A stretch of 63,966 nt of DNA, the filler included, from Folioceros fuciformis (lineage: Eukaryota): NCBI GenBank assembly GCA_049999805.1. It is 19 parts of 19 records of this genome, joined end to end, with 100 filler letters (N's around TTAATTAATTAA, not from the genome) between each part and the next. Parts side by side here need not be neighbours in the genome. Positions count along the whole stretch, not along the records: positions 46,900 to 49,294 come from JBNGIO010004728.1; positions 49,395 to 53,228 come from JBNGIO010004729.1; positions 53,329 to 54,681 come from JBNGIO010004730.1; positions 54,782 to 57,036 come from JBNGIO010004731.1; positions 57,137 to 58,365 come from JBNGIO010004732.1; positions 58,466 to 59,963 come from JBNGIO010004733.1; 13 more parts are not named here. One strand, given 5' to 3'. The notes under the pieces were generated by a model. That model was not told the origin of the DNA and ran no database searches. It saw only the letters and a list, made by a program, of their open reading frames with translations. The position numbers and the translations under genes are program-made. This document shows positions 46,900-60,063 of this stretch, one piece after another (positions within the stretch are counted from its first letter, which is position 1; every line of letters starts with the position of its first letter).

Positions 46900-48985
46900 A
46901 CTTACTGAACGGAAACTTAAAACTTTACGTTCTGATAATGGAGGAGAATTTACCTCCCAAGCATTTTTTGATTATTGTCGGGTTGAAGGCATAGCCCAGC
47001 AATTTTCCATTGCTTATACTCCTCAGCAAAATGGTGTGGCCGAGAATAAAAATCTACGTTTACAGAAAATCACTGGATGCTTATTATCTCAAGCTAAATT
47101 ACCTAAGATTTATTGGGCTGAAGCCATTCTTACTGTCACTTATCTTCTGAATAGATTACCTACCTCTGCTGTAAAGAACATGACTCCATATGAAGCTTTT
47201 ATTGGTCGCAAGCCCTCGATTGAGCACCTTCGTATTTTTGGCTCCCCAGCTTATGCTTTTATTCCTCCTGCACAACGCAAGAAATTTGATCCAAAAGCTG
47301 TCCAATATAAGTTTATTGGCTATACTGAAGGTATCAAAGGCTATAAATTATTCGACCCCTCTAATCATAAGCTTCTATATGCTCGTAGTGTGACCTTTAA
47401 TGAGTCTGCCCTTCTCTTAGCTTCAGTGGGAGGATCTGTCGATTTTCCTTCACTCTCGGCTACTCCCACACCATTTCCTTCTGATAACGAAGATTCCTCT
47501 ATTTTTCCTGATGATGATCCCCGTAATCACTTCCCTTTTCCTTCTTCTCGTGTTGTCCCTGATTTGCAGGAGGAGGAGGAGTCAGTCCCCCTACGACGAC
47601 CTACTACACTAGATCCTGACTTGGAAGAACCTCAACATCTTCCTGAACCTAGTGACTTTGATTATGAGGATTTTGATCCTGCGTATGAAGATCCTGTCGA
47701 TCATGAGGATTCTCTTCCAGTCCTTGAACCTATTCAGGGACCACATCCGCCATCTGTCGTAAATGACACTTCTAATGATGAGCAACCTGCACCCAGGTAC
47801 AACTTACGTTCCCGTCCAAGCATCCCTAGACCTGCCGGTTGGCGAGAGCCTCCCCTTGGGTACCTTGCTTTTGCCGATCACACTTCTTCCCTTGCATTAC
47901 CTTACCTAGAAGCCATATACAAAGCCATAGCTGACCCTCAAGAACCTGCTACTTTAAAACAAGCCTTTACCCTACCTAAAAAGGACTTATGGAAAGCAGC
48001 TGTAGATTCTGAATACAATTCATTAGTTAAGAACTCTACATGGGAGCTGGTCAGGCCACCTAAAGGAAGAAAAATTATTACTAGCAAATGGGTATTCAAA
48101 ATTAAGAGAAAAGGGGATGGATCAATTGAACGCTACAAGGCAAGACTAGTGGCGCGAGGATTCACCCAGATACCAGGTCTGGACTATATACCATATGCCA
48201 CATATGCCCCGGTAGCTAAGTTTGCTTCATTACGTATGATTTTTGCTTTAACTGCACAATATGATTTCCATCTCCACATGATGGATGTTAAGACAGCATA
48301 TTTGTATGGCCGTCTCCAAGAGGAAATCTATATGAAACAACCCGAGGGTTATGAAGTTAAAGGCAAAGAAGATTGTGTACACAAACTTATTAAATGCATT
48401 TATGGCTTAAAACAATCAGGTAAAGAGTGGAATGTTACGATACATACTAAGCTGGTTAATAGAGGCTTTAAACATAGTAAAGCCGATTCCAGCATGTATA
48501 TATTAAAATTAGGAAATGATATTCTTTATCTACTATTATATGTTGATGATTTATTCATGTCTTCATCATCAGCTTCTCTCCTAGCAGAAATAAAACTTTG
48601 GTTACGAGGTCATTTTGAAATGATTGATCTCGGTGAGATGACATATGCTCTTGGAGTTAATATCATTCGTGATAGAATTAATAAAACCTTGAGTATTGTT
48701 CAAACAAAATACATGATTGAAAGCTTGGCTAAGTTTGGACTCGAGGAAGCAAAGCCTGTCCTACACCTTTTGCTAGCGGCATACGCCCTACCTCCTCTAT
48801 GAGCCCAACCACTGATGCGGAAAAACAAGAGATGTCAGCAGTACCATATAGACATGCTGTTGGCACTTTAATATATTTGAGTAATTTTACAAGACCAGAC
48901 ATATCATTCGAAGTAAGCACCTGCTCATAGTTTTTAGAGAATCCTGGACGTGAACACTGGATGTCAGTAAAACACATCTTCAGGA
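46900..48985 (+). pseudogene. Copia integrase-RT fragment
   Basis: LRSDNGGEF, SKWVFK, YKARLVARG and YVDD in ORF 47036-48802, then a frameshift. Confidence 0.93.
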
Positions 48986-49394
48986 GTGCCTCATGTGACC
49001 TTCATATTCCTTGCACGGCTCACTTCCTATGCACATCATACGCATACCAATTCTTGTGCAAATATATGCTTGAGGAACACCGGCATCATTTTTATTATTA
49101 GGGCAAACAAGATATGTTATGCCATCAGGGTTACCAGCTAGCATGGATTTTGCAGGAATATTATAATTGACATGAACAATAGACCTAGTGGGAGCAGATA
49201 TTTTTATGGAAGGAGTCCCAAAGCATTTATCGGTGATTTTAGCTGCAAAATATTTATTGGATGATTATTATTATAAGAGAGTGAAAGGGATAAANNNNNN
49301 NNNNNNNNNNNNNNNNNNNNNNNNNNNNNNNNNNNNNNTTAATTAATTAANNNNNNNNNNNNNNNNNNNNNNNNNNNNNNNNNNNNNNNNNNNN

Positions 49395-51900
49395 TACAGC
49401 CTTTAAGTACACCTGTTGTAGTTCCCACTCCGACTGGAGGGCACCAGACTTCATTAGACACAACTGTCGGGGAACCTAGCTACTTCCCTGACGATGATGT
49501 GTCCACTCGGGTTTCTGATGCTCAAACTATGCCTACAGATGTTGAACCTGCATATGGGAACAATGATGAAGGGTTAGCCTATGTGGAAGATGATGTGCCG
49601 CCAACCTATACTGAGGTGTATGCACCTGAACCAGCACTTAGAAGAAGTACGAGAAGGCACACTACCTCACCGGATGAATGGCAAACTCCACGGTTGACAT
49701 ATAATTCATTTTTGGTGGAGGATCAAGGGGAACCTATAGATTTGAGTGAGCCGCAGTCATACAAGGAAGCTGTAACCTCGCATGAGGCTGACAAGTGGCA
49801 AGTAGCAATTCAGTCTGAATATAAGTCACTAGTAGATAATAAGACTTGGGAACTAGTTGACTTACCAGCAAGGCGCAAGGCCGTAACTTGCAAGTGGGTG
49901 TTCAAGAAAAAGCTTGCACAGGATGGCTCAATCGCCAAGTATAAAGCCCGCCTAGTTGCACGTGGATATAGCCAGGTAGAGGGTTTGGATTATACCGAAA
50001 CTTTCTCACCTGTGGTCAGGGCAACATCTGTTAGAACATTGCTGGCTATTGCAGCACAATACGATTACATGATGCACCACATGGACGTCAAGACGGCGTT
50101 CTTGAATGGTACCCTGGAAGAAGTAATCTACATGATGCAACCTAAGGGTTTTGAGGATACAAAGCATCCAACTAAAGTGTGTAAGCTTCTAAAAACGATA
50201 TACGGGTTGAAACAGTCACCCCGGGCCTGGTATAAACGCATTGATAAGTACCTTAAAGACTCTGGCTTCGTTCAGAGTGAATCTGACAGCAATGTATACT
50301 TGCTGCATGATAAAAATGGAGTAGTATATCTAGCCCGTTATGTGGACGACGCAGTAATTATTGCAAGTAGTCCACTACTAATGAACAAGGTGAAGGGTAT
50401 ACTAACCTCAGAATTTTGTATGACTGATCTCGGTCAGTTAACGTATTTCCTCGGGGTGCAAATAATTCAGAACCTGGCACAGCACACTGTATTCATACAT
50501 CAGACTCAGTTCTTTAAACAGCTGCTTGTCAAGTTTAGGATGCAGGACTGTAAGCTAGCACCTACTCCACTAGCAGCAGGCGAAAAATTGACACTAGATC
50601 AATGTCCCAAAACAGAAGAAGAGAGGCAGAAAATGGTACAAATACCTTATAGGCCGGCTGTATGCAGTCTGATTTATGGAAGGAACTGGACCAGACCCGA
50701 ATTATCTCAGTCAGTGGGAGCTACGGCTCAGTTTCTCCAGAATTATGGGAGCTCACATTGGGCGGCTGTCCAACGGATCATGAGATACTGAAAGGCACAC
50801 CAACATTAGGACTCTTGTGCAGGCAGCATCCAGGCAGACTTTTACTTACATGCTTTTCAGATGCTGACTGGGCAGCCGATAGTGACACCAGAAGGTCAGT
50901 TTCTACGAATTGTTTGCTTCTGGGCCAAGACGAGTACAATTCCACGATAATATCGTGGTACAGCAAGAAGCAACACGTTGTTGCTCTCTCCTCCACTGAA
51001 GCGGAGTATGCATCCACTGCTATAGCAACACAAGACGTGGTGTATACAAGATCATTGCTGGAATCACTTGGAGAAAAGCAGACTGAACCAACCTTGCTGA
51101 TGTGTGACAACCAATCGGCAATCGCGTTAGCCCGTAACCCTGTCATGCACTCTCGCACCAAGCATATAGATATCAAGCATCACTTCATTAGGCAAGTGAT
51201 CAATGAAGGAAACATCAATCTACAGTTCTATCCTACAGATGCTAATGTAGCTGATGTTCTCACAAAGGCTTTAGCAAGAGAGAAGCATGAAAATTTCTGC
51301 AAGGCCATGGGCCTCACTTGCATGCCAGAAACCTAGAAATTATCTCTGCACCCACTAGGAACTTGCAGCCAGACAACCTAAACCTGTATGAATCCATCCC
51401 TTGAACTGGCGCTGGGGATTTGTGATTGAGCACATGTACCAGGGCTCTGCAGTCGACGGAAACAGGCAGCACTTGGTTAGATTCATGGCAAAAACCCTGC
51501 AGTGGGAGCTTGCTTGGTGCGCGGGGACTCACCATAGCGCAAAATCAGTTTGCCGTCCTCAGCGAAGGAGCTGCCAGCATACATAAAACTTTCAGAACAG
51601 ATCGGCACGCCAGCAACACCGCCACCAGCAGGAAGCCAAGTGCGGCCGAGTTCATGTTCATCGCGACAACAAGCCGGGAGCGCCGGCAACCCTAGCGGCT
51701 ACTTCAACGGATACGAACAACAGCAAACACATGTAGTTTTTAGGTCTGCATGATATAATTATCGATATTAAGCCTAAGTGGGAGTATAGAATTTAAGGTT
51801 GAATTATAGGCATTAAATAGATAATAGTTAATATAATTATCGTCTTCTTGATCTCTCTCCTCTAGCATCGATCTTACTCATAAATCTTTAACTCAGAAAA
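49395..51900 (+). mobile_element. Copia RT-RNase H, extra 3' region, PPT and probable LTR start
   Basis: ORFs 49499-50791 and 50662-51336 (SDADWA, ADVLTK); purine tract AAGTGGGAG at about 51776-51784. Confidence 0.88.
51354..51689 (-). CDS. Putative spliced antisense ORF downstream of Copia pol
   Basis: 86-nt intron 51532-51447 (GTGAGT...CTAAC...TGCAG) joins ...KLILRY to EPWYMCSITNPQRQFKGWIHTG... in frame. Confidence 0.4.
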
Positions 51901-52071
51901 CTCTGATATATGAGAAACGCTGGTTAGACGTTTCTCAGACACCCCACTTACCTTGCAAAATATATATATATATATAACCTAAGATATGTTGATTAAACGT
52001 GTCTCAAACACAAGATGTTGTAAGTCTTAAAACCTAAGGTACGTTGATTAGACGTGTCTTAGAAACTTGAT

Positions 52072-52361
52072 GCTCTGATACCATGATAGGATCATATCAG
52101 GATCGCATAAACATAAAGAAGGCTTTATAACATAAGAGCAAGATCATAGAGACAACAATAGAGACTCACAAGAGGCTCAGCAACAAGACCCACAAGGGAC
52201 TCACTCCAACCTTAGAGGAGGCCCTTTATATACCCTAGGAGAGACCGCTATACTATTATAGTACTACAGTCTAGTCCACAAACCCTTGAGACTTACCATA
52301 AGCCCTATAATATTGATAACCACTAACATCACAAACTATAACAGAATCTACTATTCCTATC
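52072..52361 (-). repeat. PBS (TGGTATCAGAGC) and adjacent LTR
   Basis: gctctgatacca at 52072-52083, followed by TGATAGGA...TCCTATC. Confidence 0.7.
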
Positions 52362-53328
52362 TTGCTCCAAGATACTACGCCCGATCCAGCCTGGTGAATT
52401 CACGTTGAGCAATTCTGAAATCCTTTCGAAGATCACGCCTTTGGTATATTTCTCTCTCCCTTTCCCTCTCTGTTTGTTTGCTGCTATGAAGTCCTAGTCC
52501 TCAGCATATGCCTTGCCTCACCATGGGTGGTTTGTATTGTCAACCGGAGCATGGCTTGTACAAAATCAAGCTGCAAGTTTTGGATACTTCCGGAAACGTG
52601 CGGACATGCACGTATGTGAACTTTGAGATCACTTGGGCCTGACCTTCTCAAGTAGACTCCCAGGCTACCGAGTTCCCATCCATCCTGCAGCACAAGGCAA
52701 GTGAGTAGCCTGCCATAAGCCGCATTGCCAGCAAGTAAATAGGGATGCTAGAGAGTGCGCTTGTACATAATACAAAGCCATACACATTCAGTTATCATGT
52801 AGCTAGCCAAGCCTTTTATACCAGAGTTTCAGGTGTTCCTTAACCCTCCGTTATTAGGTGTCCTCACGCTGATCTTGCTCGTATATAATTCCTCATTGTA
52901 ATCGATCTACAACTTTGTGGTACATGTGTACAAGTAGATAAGACCATGCAGGTGTAGTTCAGCAAAATAGGACCATAATGGGGCCACCTATGCAGAATGG
53001 GGCCAAAACTGAAAGGAAGGCGCCAAAATGCTAGCCCGGCGGCTGGGAGCCTAGGAACCTGGAACTCGGAAGGGCATATGAACACTGCAAGCACGAAACT
53101 CTAAAGAGCCTATGATCCCTCCAAAGTAAAGTTATTATGTTGGTTACTTCCAAGCATGAGCCTACTTGTTTGTGTCTTAGTAAGTGTGCTCCTGCCAGAT
53201 GCAAGTGGTTGCAGCACCTGGTAGCTTGNNNNNNNNNNNNNNNNNNNNNNNNNNNNNNNNNNNNNNNNNNNNTTAATTAATTAANNNNNNNNNNNNNNNN
53301 NNNNNNNNNNNNNNNNNNNNNNNNNNNN

Positions 53329-54681
53329 TTGGCCCTCACATGATAATAGCATCCTCTCTGCCTCATCTAATTCGCCAGCACGCCCAAGAAGATCAATCAT
53401 GCAGGTGTGATGCTCAACAGTAGGTATGACACCATGCTGTTCAGCCATGGAATCAAAGAGCTTGCGACCCTCCTGGACCAGACCCCCATGACTGCATGCT
53501 ACTAGAAGGCAAGTAAAAGTAGCATCGTGAGGCTGAACACCGGCAGCTAACATCTCCTCGAAACAAGCTAGCGCCTTGCGACCTTCATCACAAGCACCAT
53601 ACCCAGCAATCAGGGCATTCCATGTGACCACATCTTTAATGGCCATGCTGTCAAAAACCTGGCGTGCATTTTCCACCTCACCACATTTTGCGTACATGTC
53701 CACCAGGCAGGTTGCCACCACTACATCATCCAGCAGACCTCTGTGGACAATTTGTGAGTGAACGTCCGTACCCTTCTGCAAGCCACCTGTGCTTGCACAG
53801 GCCTTCAGAATGCAAGCAAAAGTAACATCATCAGCCAAAACGACGCCTGCCTCCTGCATCTCTCCATACACAACAAGGGCCTCTTGGCCGAGTCCTTGCT
53901 GTGCAAACCCAGCAATCAGGGCATTCCATGTCACCACATCCTTCGACCCCATCCTATCAAAAACCTGGCGTGCATATTCCAGCTCACCACATTTTGCATA
54001 CATGTCCACCAGGCAGGTTCCCACCACTACATTATCCAGCAGCTCTCTTTCGACAATCTGTGAGTGAAGCTTCCTGCCTTTCTGCAAGTCACCAGTGCTT
54101 GCACACGCCTTCAGAAGGCAAGCAAAAGTAACATCATTAGCCAAAATGAGCCCTGCCTCCTCCATCTGTCCATACACAACAAGCGCCTCTTGGCCGAGTC
54201 CTTGCTGTCCATACCCAGCGATCATGGCTGTCCATGTCACCACATCCTTCGAGGCCATGCCGTCGAAAACCTGGCGGGCATCTTCCAGCTCACCACATTT
54301 TGAATACATGTCCACCAGGCAGTTTCCCACGACTACATCATCCAGGAGATCTCTCTTGACAATCTGTGAGTGAAGCTCCCTGCCCTTCTGCAACGCACCA
54401 GTGCTTGAACACGCCTTCAGAAGGCAAGCAAAAGTAACACGGTCAGCCAATACGAGGCCCGCCTTCTCCATTTGTGCATATACAACAAGCGCCTCTTGGC
54501 CGAGTCCTTGCTTTGCATACCCAGCAATCAGGGCATTCCATGTCACCACATCCTTCGAATCCATCCTGTCAAAAACCTGGCGTGCATATTCCAGCTCACC
54601 ACATTTTGCATACATGTCCACCAGGCAGGTTCCCACCAGTACATCATCCAGCAGACCTCTGTGGACAATCTGTGAGTGAAG
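53329..54681 (-). CDS. PLS-class PPR protein, partial (both ends in gaps)
   Basis: Very regular P-L-S triplets LVDMYAKCGELE.ARQVFD/VVTWNALIAGY/VTFACLLKAC, then CSHGGLV and HTCMIDLLGRAG. Confidence 0.92.
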
Positions 54682-54781
54682 NNNNNNNNNNNNNNNNNNN
54701 NNNNNNNNNNNNNNNNNNNNNNNNNTTAATTAATTAANNNNNNNNNNNNNNNNNNNNNNNNNNNNNNNNNNNNNNNNNNNN

Positions 54782-56110
54782 GTGGAACAGCCTGAAGGCT
54801 ATGTTCATCCTAAGTTTCCAACATACGTCTGCAAACTGAAGAAGGCATTGTATGGACTCAAACAGGCACCTAGAGCATGGAATGCTCGTATCATAAGCTA
54901 TTTGAAGGAGCGAGGGTTTGTGATTGGAGACATAGATCACAGCGTGTTTGTAAAACAGACCAAGGTAGGACAAGTGTGTCTTGTCGTTTATGTTGACGAC
55001 CTGATAATCACATCACAGGAGATGATGCAGATGGTATTGCAGATGTCAAGGCGAATCTGCAAAAAGAGTTCAAGGTGAAGGATCTTGGTGAACTCAGGTA
55101 CTTCTTAGGAATTGAGGTTGTGTCTACACCTCAAGGAATCTGGCTATTCCAAAAACAATATGCTAAGGATATGTTGCAGAAGTATGGCATGGCAGATTGC
55201 AAAGCGATGGATACACCATTGGAGCAGAACGTCAAGTTGCAAATGGATGTAGAAGCTGAGCTGGAAAATGTGACTATGTATCGACAGATGGTCGGAAGTT
55301 TGATCTACTTGACTATCACACGTCCTGACTTAAGTTATGCAGTGGGACTGATTAGTCAATTCATGCAGAACCCAAGGAAACCGCACTTGGATGCAGTTAG
55401 AAGAATCATGAGATATGTGAAAGGAACTACTGAGTTTGGATTGCTCTATGAGCATAGGAAGCATCTTGAACTGACAGGATATACAGATGCTGATTGGGCT
55501 GGTTGTGCGTATGACAAAAGATCAACCAATGGATATGCATTCAGTCTGGGAAGTAGTATGATCAGCTGGCAAAGCAAGAAACAACCGACAGTTGCTTTGT
55601 CAAGCACAGAAGCAGAGTATCGAGGAGCTGCAATGGCAGCCCGTGAAGCAGCTTGGTTGCAGAAGTTGCTACATAATCTTGGAAATATAGTGAACAGCAA
55701 GGTTACAATCTACTGTGACAACATGAGTAGCATGAGGTTGGCTACTAGTCCTGTGTTTCATGCTCGTTCAAAGCACATAGAAGTACATTATCACTTCATT
55801 AGGGAAGCGGTATTATCTGAGAAGATAGATCTTCGGCACGTGAAGACCGAAGACCAGGTAGCAGATATCTTTACTAAGTTGCTAGGTAGAGATAAGTTCT
55901 AACACTTTCATGAACTACTTGGAGTGTTACAAATAGTCTGAGCTTGAGGGGGAGTGTTAGAAATCAAGCTCTAACTGAATTGTTATTAAGAGCATTCAAC
56001 ACTTAGGATAGTGTAGATTATCCCATATTGAACTCGTAGTTATCTATCACCTAAGTGTTATCAGGATATATCAGGATATACTAGGATATTGCACCCTCGA
56101 GACTAGGTCC
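54782..56110 (+). mobile_element. Copia RT-RNase H, PPT and LTR start
   Basis: YVDD, TDADWAG and ADIFTK; PPT GAGGGGGAG directly before TGTTAG at about 55955. Confidence 0.9.
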
Positions 56111-56113
56111 TCT

Positions 56114-57036
56114 TCAAAGGGGAAGTACAAGGAGTGAAGTCGTTCCCGTGGTAAGTCTTGTAGTCGTAACAATGTTGAGTGTTACTATTGTCACAAGAAG
56201 GGTCATATCAGAAGGGACTGTGAGAAGTTCAAGAATGACAAAGGAAAGGAGAAAAAGCAGAGCGACAACAAGGCAAGTTCGAGTGTCAAGCGTGACGAGG
56301 TGAACTCTGTTGATGATGGAAATGTTCTTACCTCTTCTTCCTTCAATTCTACACAATTGACAGCCGTGGAGAGTCACTTATTCTCTAATTGGATAATTGA
56401 CCTAGGAGCATCTTTCCATGTTACTCCGCATAGGGAGTGGTTTAGCACTTATGATGCTACTAGGAAAGGATTTGTTCAACTTGGAAATAACTACGCATGC
56501 GAGATTGCAGGCGTTGGTGATGTGCAGTTGAAGTTCGACAATGGATCTTCATTCGTACTGAAGGATGCTAGGCATGTTCCGAAGTTGACCAAAAGCATGA
56601 TTAGCGTAGGGCAGTTGGATGATGCGGGCTACCACTATTGGTTTGGAGATCGTTCTTGGAAGATCTCCAAAGGTTCTCTTGTGTTAGCTCGTGGATCGAA
56701 GTGTGGCACTTTGTACTCACTTCAGGTAACCACTGTCAAGGATCATGTGATTTGTGTAATGGAACAGCCAAGTGTTTCCTTGTGGCATAGTCAGTTAGGA
56801 CATGTCTCAAAAAGGAATGTGAAACTGTCGAGCAAGGATTGCCCAAGTTCTGCGGAGGACAAAGCTGAAATGGAGAAGGTTCCATACTCATCAGCTGTAG
56901 GGAGTTTGATGTATGCAATGATTGCCACACGTCCTGACATTGCTTTTGCAGTGGGAGTGGTTAGCAGGTTTATGTCAAACCTTGGCAGGAAGCATTGGGA
57001 GGCAGTGAAATGAGTTATGAGGTACTTAAATGGTAC
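56114..57036 (+). pseudogene. Internally deleted Copia (knuckle-protease fused to RT end)
   Basis: CYYCHKKGH, WIIDLGASFH and WHSQLGH, then directly KVPYSSAVGSLMYAM. Confidence 0.85.
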
Positions 57037-57576
57037 NNNNNNNNNNNNNNNNNNNNNNNNNNNNNNNNNNNNNNNNNNNNTTAATTAATTAANNNNNNNN
57101 NNNNNNNNNNNNNNNNNNNNNNNNNNNNNNNNNNNNGAGTTCTTTTGCTTTCACTTGACTTAAACTAAAGATAGTAAGCAAGTTTCTTTTAGCAATTTCT
57201 ATTTGCCTCCCTTGATCTTCTACTTTGATTAGAATAGAGCCAATGAAGTTAGCAATAAGTATGAAATCTCCTACTATCTGGCTAGACTTCCTAGCAATTC
57301 TAATCTTTGCATTCCTATGTTGTATGTCTTATCTTGCAGCCTTAATCTTCTTCCAATAACCTTGCTTGCAAGGATTGAAGGAATCCATCGCGTTGAACCA
57401 AGAATTGGATGCACTGGGTGTGCATTATTGAAGATTAGGGAACATGCAAACATGACAACAATCTATGACATGCAATCTAAAGAATTTATACATCTTCTAC
57501 AAAGAATGTAGGAGAAGATGAAGAAGAAGAGTAGATTAGCAAGTTAAGTTTTCCATTGCAAATAGAGAGTAGCAAT

Positions 57577-57906
57577 GCTCTAATACCATGATGAGAATCA
57601 TACCTACTCTAGGTAGCAAAACATAGCAAGCAAATAGTAGAAAGCTTTTGCACAAAAAGAGTTGTATGCATTGATTATAATAGAAAGTACAAAGCCTTTA
57701 TATAGGCTAGGTAGTTATAACCATAAGGTGGTTGTAACCATAATGTCGTTGTAACCATAAGGTGGTTGTAACCATAAGATGGTTGTAACCATAAGGTGGT
57801 TATAACAACTAACTACTCAATAAAATACCTAAAGCCCTAAGATCTAAATTAATTAATAGACTTAGGTACCCTAGTGAAGAGTGCCCTAAATAGTAATATT
57901 TCATCA
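57577..57906 (-). repeat. PBS (TGGTATTAGAGC) and LTR with an internal short tandem repeat
   Basis: gctctaatacca at 57577-57588; TGATGA...TCATCA at 57589-57906; CCATAAGGTGGTTGTAA repeats at about 57715-57805. Confidence 0.8.
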
Positions 57907-58465
57907 TTGTTAAACATGAGTGACATGTCCACCACTAGGACTGCCCTCTATGGCTCTTTGCCCTGGAAAGCACCGACAACGTAAGTCCACAGTACACATG
58001 GGCTTTAACACGTTGAAATCGTTTTTTTCCTTATGAGATATTTGCCAAGTGCTTCGTAGCAGCAAATGTGTGATTCCCCCCAAGAACACCCATTACATAC
58101 TGCTGCGCCCAAAACTTGGGTTGCCTAGTTGTGGCTGGAGTTGCAGTGGTCAAAGTGCTTGGCGGAGGGCTCATGTTCTTCCATGGGCGCCCCTGCAAGT
58201 TGCTTCCCTTGTGAATGGTTGTTGTGCTACTATAGGTGTGTGGCAATACCTATGTAACTGTTGGCTTGAGGGTAGACTCAAGGACTCCCTAGAAGTTCTT
58301 GCTAACAAGCACAAGCATGCAACAACCGGCCCAAGGAAAAACTTGTTGGGCCGTTTTTTGGATTGNNNNNNNNNNNNNNNNNNNNNNNNNNNNNNNNNNN
58401 NNNNNNNNNTTAATTAATTAANNNNNNNNNNNNNNNNNNNNNNNNNNNNNNNNNNNNNNNNNNNN

Positions 58466-59963
58466 ACCGGAGGAGAAGTTCACAGGGAAGAAACCTGACT
58501 TGTCACACTTAAAGGTATTTGGTTGCATTGCTTATGTCCATATTCCGGATGAGTTGCGGACTAAGCTTGATCCAAAAGCAGAAAAGTGTGTCTTCATTGG
58601 GTATTCTGTTACACAGAAAGGATACAGGTGCTACAATCCCAGTACACGGACTATGAGAGTAAGCAGAGACGTAGTCTTTGATGAAATGGGTAGCTGGTAC
58701 TTTGAAGTCCAAGGAAGTAGTGTAGCTGATTTGCTTGAAACTGAGGTAACAAGCAATGCAGGTCAACAATCACAAGTGTTGAGTGGACCGCAAGCGTCAT
58801 CAAACTCGACAAATGTTCAGAATCCATGGAGTGGCAGGTTGCGAGGTAGTGTGAGTCCTACGAGCTCCACAGCTGTGTCTCGCAAAGGGAAGGAAAAAGT
58901 CCAGAATTCAAAGATACCAGACCTAAGTGCAGGTGCGGATGATTCAAGCGACTCTGAGCAGAGCTTGGATGAGGAATTCGGTGTACCGAAAATCGAAACA
59001 CCTGGTGCAAAAGAGGTTCAATCAGCCCCTGGAAGTGGTTCAATCCCACGGAGATATGGAAGGCAGAAGGTTCCAATACAGCGGTTGACCTATGATAGCT
59101 ATGTAGCTAGGCACCATGCCTATATGGCAAAGGTTGTACAGGATGTGGAACCAAGAAGCTTTGAAGAAGCTATTGGAGACACAAAGTGGGAACATGCTAT
59201 GGATGAAGAAATGAATGCGCTAAATCAGAATGCAACATGGGACCTAGTACAACTACCTGAAGGCAAGAAACCAATAGGTTGCAAATGGGTGTACAAGGTC
59301 AAACACAACGCAGATGGTAGTATCAACAGGTACAAGGCAAGGCTTGTGGCCAAGGGATATGCCCAGACATATGGAATAGATTTTGAGGAGACGTTCAGTC
59401 CAGTTGCCAAAATGGCAACAATTCGAACCGTGATCGCACTAGCGGCATCGAAAGGTTGGGTCCTACATCATATGGATGTGAAGAATGCGTTTTTACATGG
59501 AGAATTGCTGGAAGAAGTATACATGGACCAGCCACCAGGTTATGAGGATTTGGATCATCCAAATCATGTGTGCAAGCTGAATACAGAGGCGCAGCAATGG
59601 CAGCGTGTGAAGTGACTTGGATTTGTAAGTTACTCGGAGATTTTGGATTGCAGGTCAACGACAAGGTTGTTATCTACTGTGACAATCTTAGCAGCATACA
59701 GTTGGCGCGAAACCCAGTGTTTCATGCCAGGACAAAACAAATTGAAATACATTATCATTTTCTTCGCGAAAGGATTTTATCTGGAGCTATTGATCTTGTG
59801 TATGTCAACACAGACGAGCAGATAGCCGATATATTTACTAAGCCAATGGGAGCAGAGAAGCTGAAGAAATTCCGAGCTATGTTAGGTGTACAGATGCTAT
59901 GTTGAGCTCGAGGGGGAGTGTTGAGTTATCGAGCTCTATATGAGCTAAACTCATGTGGTGTTA
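58466..59963 (+). mobile_element. Internally deleted Copia IN-RT/RNase H with PPT and LTR start
   Basis: HLKVFGC, CKWVYK, deletion at about 59580 joining to AEYRGAA; PPT AGGGGGAG before TGTTGAG at about 59919. Confidence 0.9.
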
Positions 59964-60063
59964 NNNNNNNNNNNNNNNNNNNNNNNNNNNNNNNNNNNNN
60001 NNNNNNNTTAATTAATTAANNNNNNNNNNNNNNNNNNNNNNNNNNNNNNNNNNNNNNNNNNNN

